This document shows positions 29,759 to 38,082 of a stretch of 64,000 nt of DNA, piece by piece. The position numbers and the translations under genes were made by a program. The notes beneath the pieces were generated by a model. The model did not search any database. It had not been told where the DNA came from and was given only the letters and a program-made list of their open reading frames with translations. Position 1 is the stretch's first letter. Every line of letters starts with the position of its first letter. Source of the DNA: a virus; IMG/VR virus record IMGVR_UViG_3300044213_000060, positions 28,903 to 92,902 of that record; one strand, given 5' to 3'.

Positions 29759-30836
29759 TCAATTTGAAATAGTTTTACAGGATAATAATGATCCACTAAC
29801 TGTTTATGTTGATGTGTATGACAATTCACTTGGCCGTAAATGGCTATCTGCACTTAATGATTTAATTGCAAACAATTATCACCTTGAAAAGAATTACTGT
29901 TTTTTTGGATTTGTCAATAGCAAGCGCAATGGTCAGTATATGCTTAATCAAGTAAATCAGTCAATCTCTGCAATTAATAATGCTAATTTAGGATATCACA
30001 TAGATGATTATTTTTCCATGGATAATTGTATCAGTGATAAATCCGAAGATGGTAGAGCATTTGGCAGAAACATTGTGCACGATAAATTTAATCATCTGCA
30101 TAGATATTTTGAAGACCTTCAAGGAGTTAGCGGACAAATGTCGCCGTTCTATCAACAAGCCAATGACGCAATACGTTGGCATATACGACAATTAAATTTA
30201 TTGTGTCACGAATTTGAATCTTGGGCACTTAGTTATCGTAAACAAATAGAAGCACCAGAATGGCAACGGCCCAGCCAATTGATGTGTTGGTTGCATGCCC
30301 CTCGGTTCACGCTAGATGAAGAAGATTATGAATTATTTGGTGTTGACACTATAAATCGCAGTCTCGGGGGAGTCTATGTTGGAGTTAATAAAGCGGTTGG
30401 CAAACATCATTGGGAAGTATTTAATGACGAAGGTAGAGATAGTAGGATAGATGAATTAACAACAACAACACTAAGAAGTCAAACCGAAGCTGCCGGAGAT
30501 TTTGATATAGAATGGGCAAACGATCCTGGAAAATATCATTGGCAACAGCGCAGACTACAAGAATTCAGAGATTGGCTTACTGCAAACAACTTTGACCCTG
30601 ATGATAAAAGTTTAACCATAGGACATCCAAAAGTTGGACAAGTTGATTTAGTTCGTAGTTTTGGTACAGAAAATTATGAAATAATCTGGCGCTTATTGTT
30701 GGATAGATTAAATGTGCAGAGTATATCTACATCTACTGCACAAGCTGTATACAACTATAATTGGTCCAACGCTGATTATATGCAACAACAAATTGAAAGT
30801 TTAAAACCAGGATATGATCTTAGTAGCCGGGGGTGA
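29727..30836 (+). CDS. Hypothetical protein (His/Glu motifs)
   Basis: 369 aa; NHLHRYFE, LCHEFE, GKHHWE. Confidence 0.6.
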   Translation: MSTTGGNQLLDQFEIVLQDNNDPLTVYVDVYDNSLGRKWLSALNDLIANNYHLEKNYCFFGFVNSKRNGQYMLNQVNQSISAINNANLGYHIDDYFSMDNCISDKSEDGRAFGRNIVHDKFNHLHRYFEDLQGVSGQMSPFYQQANDAIRWHIRQLNLLCHEFESWALSYRKQIEAPEWQRPSQLMCWLHAPRFTLDEEDYELFGVDTINRSLGGVYVGVNKAVGKHHWEVFNDEGRDSRIDELTTTTLRSQTEAAGDFDIEWANDPGKYHWQQRRLQEFRDWLTANNFDPDDKSLTIGHPKVGQVDLVRSFGTENYEIIWRLLLDRLNVQSISTSTAQAVYNYNWSNADYMQQQIESLKPGYDLSSRG

Positions 30837-31548
30837 TAGTTTTATTTTTGGAAATGAATTAACAGATTGGCAATTAAATAAATCAACGCCAAGTAAATTT
30901 ACATTTCCTGCGCTAATTGCAGATTATCTAAGGTTAGATTATTCATGTTGTGCAATACCAGGAAATGCCAATGATGCTATTGCAAGAATGACCATAGATA
31001 GATGCGAAATGCTGTTAAACGAAGGCAAACAAGTTGCAGTGATAGTCGCTTGGACTTTCCCGGAAAGATTTGAATTTCCCTTTGAATTTGAAATTAACAG
31101 CCCTATTAGCCCATGGTCAAGCATTACTGTAAATGATCTAATCAATAAACCTGAAACAAGAAGTTTTGCACGAGAGTTTTATAAAAATATTAATTCTGGT
31201 TGGTTTGCAGAATACAATACAGTAAAAAACATAATTATGCTAGAACAATATTTAAAATCGAAAAATATCAATTATGTTTTTACTGTTGCAGACAACATAC
31301 TTTTAAAAAATCGAAACGATCAAGCATTAAAACCCTATTGGGATTTAATAGATTTTGATTCTTGGTTTCTATTTCCTGCGGCAACAGAGCCACATAATAC
31401 TGTAACACCAAGAGGTTTTTACCAATGGGCTCAAGAGAATAAATATCCAGTAGGCCCTGATCAACATCCACTTGAGCAAGCACATCAAATAGCCGCCACA
31501 CTAATCCAGGAGAAATTTAATGAAATGGTTAAAAAATCTGTACAATAA
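30814..31548 (+). CDS. SGNH/GDSL-like hydrolase or acyltransferase
   Basis: GDSFIFG block I, PGNAN block II, C-terminal QHP. Confidence 0.65.
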   Translation: MILVAGGDSFIFGNELTDWQLNKSTPSKFTFPALIADYLRLDYSCCAIPGNANDAIARMTIDRCEMLLNEGKQVAVIVAWTFPERFEFPFEFEINSPISPWSSITVNDLINKPETRSFAREFYKNINSGWFAEYNTVKNIIMLEQYLKSKNINYVFTVADNILLKNRNDQALKPYWDLIDFDSWFLFPAATEPHNTVTPRGFYQWAQENKYPVGPDQHPLEQAHQIAATLIQEKFNEMVKKSVQ

Positions 31549-31621
31549 AATTGTACTGGAAATTCGCTATCGTAAAAAACTACGAGAACTACGCAAAAGA
31601 GATCCGTTTATTTACAAATGA
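31520..31621 (+). CDS. Small 33-aa basic protein MKWLKNLYNKIVLEIRYRKKLRELRKRDPFIYK (absent from ORF track)
   Basis: AGGAG RBS at 31508; its stop overlaps the next start (ATGA 31618-31621); fills the only gap in this part of the operon. Confidence 0.75.
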   Translation: MKWLKNLYNKIVLEIRYRKKLRELRKRDPFIYK

Positions 31622-32280
31622 TTCAAAGTATTTTAACAATCGGTGATAGCTTTACCTACGGTGAAGAATTAGATAATCGGGAACATGCCTGGCCTTATTA
31701 TCTTGCACGAGGACTAAAAGCCGATGTAGTAAATTTAGGTCAGCCCAGTGCCGGCAACACCGGAATGGTTCGCAAGGCCATGAGTTATAGTGTAACCGAT
31801 GCTCCTGTGGACCTAGTTATAGTAGCATGGTCGAGTGCAGGACGCATGGAGTTTGCTGACGAAAATGGCACCTATGATATATGGCCCGGGTATCTTGGCG
31901 GTAAGTTTACAAGAGACGATCAACTCTGGAGATTTGAAATATTAGAATATATCAACAAATATCATAGTCCAGAATATTTGTTCCAACAATATCTCGTAAA
32001 CATAATATCATTGCAGAGTTTTTTCAAAGCTAACAATCAACGATATCTAATGTTAGATATTGTTGGGCGAGACTACTATAAAAATACATATACAACACGC
32101 ATGCCTCAATTGGCAGGAATGGTTGACCCTACATATTTTATTGGGTGGCCCAATGATGGCATGGCAGAATGGACACAAGGATGTAGACGTGGCTCAGGTG
32201 GGCATTTTCTAGAAGATGGTCACAAGAAAGTGACTGCAAAAATTTATGAACATATTCGGAATCTCGGCTGGATTTCATGA
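31618..32280 (+). CDS. SGNH/GDSL-like hydrolase or acyltransferase
   Basis: GDSFTYG, NLGQPSAGN, GGHF. Confidence 0.68.
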   Translation: MIQSILTIGDSFTYGEELDNREHAWPYYLARGLKADVVNLGQPSAGNTGMVRKAMSYSVTDAPVDLVIVAWSSAGRMEFADENGTYDIWPGYLGGKFTRDDQLWRFEILEYINKYHSPEYLFQQYLVNIISLQSFFKANNQRYLMLDIVGRDYYKNTYTTRMPQLAGMVDPTYFIGWPNDGMAEWTQGCRRGSGGHFLEDGHKKVTAKIYEHIRNLGWIS

Positions 32281-33760
32281 TGCAGCCATAACAGTATTGC
32301 AGGACAACAAAATTGTCTTTGCAGGGCACGCTGAACGATACAGCAAAAGAAAAAACGATGCTAATCTCAATGACGATCTTGTTGCAGATGCTTTATCTTA
32401 TGGCAATCCAGATCAAATAGTGTACTACGAACGTCCTTGGATTAAGAAATTACAACAACTATATTCGGGACAGTACAATGAAGCTGCAAATTTTGATAAT
32501 TTTACTATTGGTCAGCATATTCGCAAATATATACATGTTCCTGTTCATCAGGAGCGACTACTATCTTGCCCTAGACGAAATATGTCCCATCATTTATCAC
32601 ACGCTGCCGCGGGATTCCAAACAAGTCCTTACCAAAAAGCCACAGTTGTGGTTATAGATGCTATCGGTGAATTAGATACCGTTAGTATTTACGGTGCAGA
32701 GTATGTTAATGGGCGGGCTCAGTATCGAAAACTATGGGGACAACGTTATCCACATAGCATAGGATTATTTTATAGTGCAATGACACAAGCAGTTGGATTA
32801 AAGCCTAACGAAGAAGAATATATAATGATGGGCATGAGTGCATATGGTACTGATGCTGTAATCACAGATGGGCTATCTACGGTTATAAAAAATAAATTTG
32901 TTGCAGACGAATATGCAATTGAATTTAAGGAAAACTTACATGCAGGTGCTGATTTGCATCCATTTGATTATTTAGAAAAAGAAGATATTGCTTATGGTGC
33001 ACAACGATTAGCTGAACGTTTGATATACAATGTTATGCATCGTGCTAAGATGTTCGACTTTAGTTCAAACTTGGTTTATATGGGCGGTGTGGCACTTAAC
33101 TGTTTAGCAAATAGAAACTTAGGAGATTATTTTGATAATATATGGATTATGCCTAATCCTGGTGATGCTGGCAGTAGCCTGGGCGCTGCCGCCCTTGCTT
33201 ATGGCGGTCCTCTTGTGTGGCGCGATGCTTACCTTGGGACTAATATTGCCGGTGACTATCCTGTTAATGGATTGTTGGATACTTTACTCACTGAAAAAAT
33301 TGTCGGAGTTGCCTCGGGACGAGCAGAATTCGGGCCCAGGGCACTAGGCAATCGTAGTTTGTTAGCGGACCCAAGAGGGCCAGATATAAAGGATCGTGTA
33401 AATGAAATTAAACGAAGACAAAAATTTCGACCTTTTGCCCCAGTTATTCTGGAAGAGATGGTTGATGAGTACTTTGATGTTCCTCGTGGTTGGAGTGACA
33501 GCAGGTATATGCAGCTCGTCGGTAAGTGTAGGCGTCCTGACTTATTTCCTGCTATCGTTCACGTGGATGGGACTAGTCGTATTCAGACCGTTCCACAAGA
33601 TGGATCAGGAATAAGACAACTGTTAGAAAAATGGTATGTAATGACAGATTGCCCAATGTTGTTAAATACTAGTTTGAACATACGCGGAGAACCTATGGTT
33701 AATGACCGCGCAGATGCTGATAGATTTGAAAAAATGTATAACGTAAAGGTATGTAGTTAA
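32246..33760 (+). CDS. O-carbamoyltransferase (NodU/CmcH/TobZ family)
   Basis: GFHDAA, ERYSKRKND, HHLSHAA, DAIGE, GGVALNC, GDAG, EFGPRALGNRS, FRPFAP, HVDGTSRIQTV, NTSLN. Confidence 0.95.
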   Translation: MNIFGISAGFHDAAITVLQDNKIVFAGHAERYSKRKNDANLNDDLVADALSYGNPDQIVYYERPWIKKLQQLYSGQYNEAANFDNFTIGQHIRKYIHVPVHQERLLSCPRRNMSHHLSHAAAGFQTSPYQKATVVVIDAIGELDTVSIYGAEYVNGRAQYRKLWGQRYPHSIGLFYSAMTQAVGLKPNEEEYIMMGMSAYGTDAVITDGLSTVIKNKFVADEYAIEFKENLHAGADLHPFDYLEKEDIAYGAQRLAERLIYNVMHRAKMFDFSSNLVYMGGVALNCLANRNLGDYFDNIWIMPNPGDAGSSLGAAALAYGGPLVWRDAYLGTNIAGDYPVNGLLDTLLTEKIVGVASGRAEFGPRALGNRSLLADPRGPDIKDRVNEIKRRQKFRPFAPVILEEMVDEYFDVPRGWSDSRYMQLVGKCRRPDLFPAIVHVDGTSRIQTVPQDGSGIRQLLEKWYVMTDCPMLLNTSLNIRGEPMVNDRADADRFEKMYNVKVCS

Positions 33761-34081
33761 ATGACTCACTTAGTCACAGATAATTGTATTAAATGTAAAC
33801 ACACAGATTGTGTAGATGTGTGCCCGGTAGATTGTTTTTATGAAGGACCTAATTTTTTAGCAATCAACCCTGATGAATGTATTGATTGTGCAGTATGTAT
33901 TCCCGAATGTCCGGTTAATGCAATTAAAGCCGAAGAAGATGTACCGGATCGAGACATATGGTTTGATATTAACAAAAGATTAAGTGCAAAATGGCCCAAT
34001 ATCAAACGCAGTAAAGAATCATTGCCGGATGCCGACGAATGGAACGGTCGGCCCAATAAGTTGCCGTTATTAGAAGAATGA
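33761..34081 (+). CDS. fdxA: 7Fe ferredoxin (FdxA type)
   Basis: [18 protein letters not shown] and [12 protein letters not shown]; 106 aa, Azotobacter FdI-like. Confidence 0.93.
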   Translation: MTHLVTDNCIKCKHTDCVDVCPVDCFYEGPNFLAINPDECIDCAVCIPECPVNAIKAEEDVPDRDIWFDINKRLSAKWPNIKRSKESLPDADEWNGRPNKLPLLEE

Positions 34082-34821
34082 CGTTGGAAAATAATTTATA
34101 TTATACCAACAAAGAAAAAAATATATTTTTTGTTGGAGATAGTTTTTGCGCAAGCTATAATAGAGAATTATTTCATAAATTAGGATCTCGTAATTCTCAA
34201 TACGGCAAAAATAATTCTTACATAGACTTAGTAGCAAGGCATTTTAACTGTATTTTACAACCTCATGGTTATGGTGGAAAAAGTTGGTGGTGGTCAAGAG
34301 TTAGATTTTATAGAGATTTAGAGTCCATAGATCTAAATTCAATTTTTGCTATAGTATTTTGTCATACTGATCACAAAAGAATAAACAATTCTTGGAATGA
34401 TAATAATGAACTACAACATCCAGATCTATCGTCAGAAGCCAAAATTTTTTACAAATATTATTACGACAACGAGTTCAACAAATGGGCATGCGAAAATTGG
34501 TTTAAAGAAATCAACGAAAAATTTGCAGATGTAAAGACCGTGCATTTTAATTGTTTTCGGGATACAGTTGAATTGTCGCGTCAATTAAACGGTGTAGTAA
34601 TTAACACTCCTCTTATAGATTTAAGTCTTAAAGAGTTTCCGACATCTACTAATATACGGAAAATGATACTAAATGACAAAAGAACTAATCATTTTAGTTC
34701 GAGAAATAATCAAGTGTTAGCCAATTATATTATTAGACATTTAGAAAACTATACACCTGGTCAATATGAATTGAATTTGTCAGATTTTGAACTTCGAGGA
34801 TTATCTAATACATGGGAATAA
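34078..34821 (+). CDS. SGNH-like protein
   Basis: GDSFC, GYGGKS, C-terminal NHF; AT-rich. Confidence 0.55.
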   Translation: MTLENNLYYTNKEKNIFFVGDSFCASYNRELFHKLGSRNSQYGKNNSYIDLVARHFNCILQPHGYGGKSWWWSRVRFYRDLESIDLNSIFAIVFCHTDHKRINNSWNDNNELQHPDLSSEAKIFYKYYYDNEFNKWACENWFKEINEKFADVKTVHFNCFRDTVELSRQLNGVVINTPLIDLSLKEFPTSTNIRKMILNDKRTNHFSSRNNQVLANYIIRHLENYTPGQYELNLSDFELRGLSNTWE

Positions 34822-34825
34822 TAAA

Positions 34826-35446
34826 ATGACACGAAAAATATTAGTAATGGGTTTACCGGGTTCAGGTAAAACAACATTCAGTCAAAACTTAGTTAAACGA
34901 CTTATGCTGTCGCATAGTGTAAGTTGGTATAATGCCGACAGTGTGCGTGAACAGTTTGACGACTGGGATTTTAGTCCAGAAGGTCGTGCACGACAAGTTC
35001 AACGCATGATTGATTTATCAAACAATTCAGGCAGTGATTTTGCTGTCTGCGACTTTGTTTGCCCTACAGATGAATTGCGCCAAGAGTTCGATGCTGACAT
35101 AGTTATTTGGATAGATACTATTACCGCTGGTAGGTTTGAGGATACCAATAAATTATTTGAGCCACCAACAACATTTACCTACCGTATTACAGACTGGGAT
35201 GAGCATTGGGTAAAATCTATCGCCGCAGATCTGCGCCAAGATCTAAGTGATACACATGTTCGAAGTATAGTTAAAGCTATTTCCTGGAGAGTAATTGGAA
35301 CCACAGAAACATTTTTAATTAGCTGGCTTATAACTGGTCGCGCAGGAACCGCTGGTGGCATTGCAGCAGTACAAGCAGTTGCATCAACTGCATTGTATTG
35401 GTGGCATGAACGAACATGGCTAAAAATTAAATGGGGTAAACAATGA
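34826..35446 (+). CDS. Adenylylsulfate-kinase-like P-loop kinase fused to a DUF2061-like membrane domain
   Basis: GLPGSGKTT, NADSVR, DFSPEGRARQ, FVCP, FEPP; C-terminal RSIVKAISWR...YWWHERTW. Confidence 0.75.
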   Translation: MTRKILVMGLPGSGKTTFSQNLVKRLMLSHSVSWYNADSVREQFDDWDFSPEGRARQVQRMIDLSNNSGSDFAVCDFVCPTDELRQEFDADIVIWIDTITAGRFEDTNKLFEPPTTFTYRITDWDEHWVKSIAADLRQDLSDTHVRSIVKAISWRVIGTTETFLISWLITGRAGTAGGIAAVQAVASTALYWWHERTWLKIKWGKQ

Positions 35447-35607
35447 CCGAAAATAAAAAACCAAATTTTATGGATGCAATCAAAGCTGCACAAGCACAAA
35501 AGAAACGAGTGCCGCAGGCAACAAGTGCAAAAGTTCAACAAGCAAAATTTAAAAATCAAGGATTAAACAGCAGACCCGTTAAACGTTCAGGGGCTCGTGG
35601 CGGCTAA
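35443..35607 (+). CDS. Small 54-aa Lys/Gln-rich protein ending in RSGARGG (absent from ORF track)
   Basis: ATGA overlap with the previous stop; ends 3 nt before the next ATG. Confidence 0.7.
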   Translation: MTENKKPNFMDAIKAAQAQKKRVPQATSAKVQQAKFKNQGLNSRPVKRSGARGG

Positions 35608-35610
35608 ACA

Positions 35611-35967
35611 ATGGACCGCGATGAATGGCAACAACATATTATTGCCATATCCGGATATCCGCCTAATGGATTGCCTGGAGTAGAATGGGTTTGGTGGCGT
35701 AATCCAACTAACGCAAAGTCTTTAAGATTGAACCGTCCGGGATACGAGTTTATACAAAAAAACACCAAACTAGAATTCTACGATGTTGCGGTTATACATG
35801 AATTTTTTCCAAAGCATTTATTACAATTAGAACGATTAATTTCGGCTCCATACTATTTAAAACGTGGCAAAATTTGCTTGCTAGATCAGAAAGATGCAGT
35901 CATGCTGCAACTGCACGGTGGTAATCTGGCACAGTATCTAGACAATCTAGAAATCAACGCACGTTGA
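35611..35967 (+). CDS. Hypothetical protein
   Basis: 118-aa ORF. Confidence 0.6.
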   Translation: MDRDEWQQHIIAISGYPPNGLPGVEWVWWRNPTNAKSLRLNRPGYEFIQKNTKLEFYDVAVIHEFFPKHLLQLERLISAPYYLKRGKICLLDQKDAVMLQLHGGNLAQYLDNLEINAR

Positions 35968-35992
35968 CTTGTTTGAATTATTCTAGTATAAT
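35964..35992 (+). promoter_or_regulatory. sigma70-type promoter TTGACT-N17-TATAAT, probably leaderless
   Basis: ATG 35999 follows the -10 box after 6 nt; no RBS. Confidence 0.7.
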
Positions 35993-35998
35993 AATAAA

Positions 35999-37141
35999 AT
36001 GATTGACAAATATTATCAGCAAATCTGTGCAGAATGGGGGATAACACCCACCGCTGACGTTTCCACTGGCTACGAATCAGTATATGATCAACTACGAGTA
36101 TTAAGCAAAGAACGCTGGCTGGCTGCTGATGATGCTGGACGAGAGGCTATACAAGAATCTGCTTTTGAAATTTATCGCAGTGTTGGTATTGTTCCTATCA
36201 CTTACTACAGCCTAGATGGATGCCAGCAACAAATACGTGAACTAACAGAATCTACTAAATCTGTTCGAAATCGCACTCTTGCCATTGGCGGATCAGCAGG
36301 ATCCTCATTTAGTCGTTTTTGGTTTCCGGGTATGCAAGAAGCAGCCTGGGGAGACAATGATACAGTTGGCCTACGTGCAAGATTTAATCACGACGCTAAA
36401 CTACGTCGTGCTATACGTATTTGTTATCAGTTTAGAGACAACGGTGATCAAGCGGTGTTTCCCGCGGCACTGAGAACCGCACTTGAACTAGTCAACGGTG
36501 GTACCATAACGAATTTTAAACCAATGAACGCTCGTGCGGTATGGGAATATATTTGTCCGGTCTGGGGAGGTCGTGTATTAGATTTCAGTGCAGGATTTGG
36601 TGGACGCATGATGGGCGCAATGACCAGTCGCATGCGATATCACTATACTGGCATAGATCCAAATACAAAAACCTATGCTGGATTACAAGCACTTGGTGCA
36701 TTAATCTCAAATGTGGTTGGCACCGACTCTGAGGTGCATTGTATCGGCAGTGAAGATTTTGTACCCGATGCCGGCACATACAATGCGGCATTTAGTTCGC
36801 CGCCGTATTTTAATTGTGAACGATACAATGATGAGCCCACACAATGCTATAATAAGTTTACCAATTTAGACGCTTGGTTTGAACAGTATGCAGAACCTAC
36901 TCTACGTATGGTACATACCGCACTGGCACCAGATGCAATCTATGCGGTAAATATTGCCGACTACCGACAAGGTAAGGCAACATTTGAAATTGTTGATCGG
37001 TGGCGAGCACTAAGTGAACGTATTGGATTTGAATATCAAGAAACTGTTGACATGCTATTAACTACTCGTCCCGGAGTTGGCAATAACCGTAGTGAAAACT
37101 CTACAAAATCGGAGGGCATATATGTCTTTAGAAGAAGATAA
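35999..37141 (+). CDS. Amino (N4-C/N6-A) DNA methyltransferase
   Basis: Motif I VLDFSAGFGGR; motif IV FSSPPYF. Confidence 0.85.
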   Translation: MIDKYYQQICAEWGITPTADVSTGYESVYDQLRVLSKERWLAADDAGREAIQESAFEIYRSVGIVPITYYSLDGCQQQIRELTESTKSVRNRTLAIGGSAGSSFSRFWFPGMQEAAWGDNDTVGLRARFNHDAKLRRAIRICYQFRDNGDQAVFPAALRTALELVNGGTITNFKPMNARAVWEYICPVWGGRVLDFSAGFGGRMMGAMTSRMRYHYTGIDPNTKTYAGLQALGALISNVVGTDSEVHCIGSEDFVPDAGTYNAAFSSPPYFNCERYNDEPTQCYNKFTNLDAWFEQYAEPTLRMVHTALAPDAIYAVNIADYRQGKATFEIVDRWRALSERIGFEYQETVDMLLTTRPGVGNNRSENSTKSEGIYVFRRR

Positions 37142-37442
37142 AGATTTAACATGGGCAATCCTTAAAGGTGATGCAAGAGAAATTGCACATTTATATGGTC
37201 CTGAATTGCAAGCACTCGCTCGACATCGGGGGAAGGTACGTTTTCATCGCAGATTTGATGAATTGCTAGAATTTATAATGCAGGTATTACCTAACAAAAT
37301 TGATGTATGTGCAGTTATTAGATGTTGGTTGATTAGATATAACTTACCCGTTGATCCTGAAAAACTACAAAATTTTGATCTTTTTCACAAAAATTACGGG
37401 CATTTTATAGTAGCAGAATCCCAAAATATACCGTGGTTGTAA
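37122..37442 (+). CDS. Hypothetical protein
   Basis: GGAGG RBS at 37111 supports ATG 37122. Confidence 0.55.
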   Translation: MSLEEDKDLTWAILKGDAREIAHLYGPELQALARHRGKVRFHRRFDELLEFIMQVLPNKIDVCAVIRCWLIRYNLPVDPEKLQNFDLFHKNYGHFIVAESQNIPWL

Positions 37443-37497
37443 AAAAACAACACTCAAAAACCCGCAGATTGTGCGGGTTATTTTTTGATGTTATAAT
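37436..37497 (+). promoter_or_regulatory. Early promoter module copy 1: GTTGT-N6-ACAAC box, GC hairpin over -35 (TTGTGC), TG-n-TATAAT
   Basis: AACCCGCA-GATTG-TGCGGGTT; 17-nt spacer. Confidence 0.7.
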
Positions 37498-37529
37498 AAT
37501 CACTGTAGCAACAAAAAAAGGATACACTT

Positions 37530-38012
37530 ATGGGAACACGTTCAGTTATTGCAGTTATGCATGGGTCTAATGCCAAAGCAGTTTATTGTCATTGGGACGG
37601 GTATTTAGAACATAATGGCGCTATTTTGTTTCAGTACTACAATACCAGTCCGTTAGCTAATCACCTAGTATCACTTGGTGATATTTCTAGCCTTGGCAAA
37701 GTAATTGGTGAGGCACATCCTTTTAGTCAGTTTGATATCAACAAGGATGACCCAGACTTTGACAAATTGATGGCCTTGCACGAGATGGCAGACAAAGAAG
37801 GCTGGACTACATTCTACGGACGCGATCGCGGCGAAACAGGTACAGAACATAAAACATTCACAGACTTCGATCAGTTTGAAGAATATTTTGATTCATGCGG
37901 TGCAGAATATGCATATATCATGAAAGACGGCGAATGGTTTATGTTTGACTGTAACAATCGCGGTATTCGTACACTTGCAGGTGAGTTGCAGGAAAACAAC
38001 ATTAAAATCTAA
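37530..38012 (+). CDS. Phage early hypothetical protein (MGTRS...YCHWDGY type)
   Basis: RBS AAGGA; motif recalled from many phage hypothetical proteins. Confidence 0.65.
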   Translation: MGTRSVIAVMHGSNAKAVYCHWDGYLEHNGAILFQYYNTSPLANHLVSLGDISSLGKVIGEAHPFSQFDINKDDPDFDKLMALHEMADKEGWTTFYGRDRGETGTEHKTFTDFDQFEEYFDSCGAEYAYIMKDGEWFMFDCNNRGIRTLAGELQENNIKI

Positions 38013-38054
38013 AATGACCCGCTGATTGTGCGGGGTATTATTTGATGCTATAAT
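37985..38054 (+). promoter_or_regulatory. Early promoter module copy 2
   Basis: GTTGC-AGGAAA-ACAAC; CCCGCTGATTGTGCGGG; TTGTGC-N17-TATAAT with TG. Confidence 0.7.
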
Positions 38055-38082
38055 AGAATACATAATTTAACAGGAGTAAAAA

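Noticed and set aside
31520-35446. Saxitoxin-like toxin biosynthesis
   Set aside because: Only generic tailoring families are shared; no sxtA-like PKS or amidinotransferase is present.
19765-35607. Classical RiPP cluster
   Set aside because: No RRE/PqqD domain, leader-core precursor, dedicated peptidase or exporter is evident; neighbours are glycan-type enzymes. It is not fully excluded because small peptides are present.
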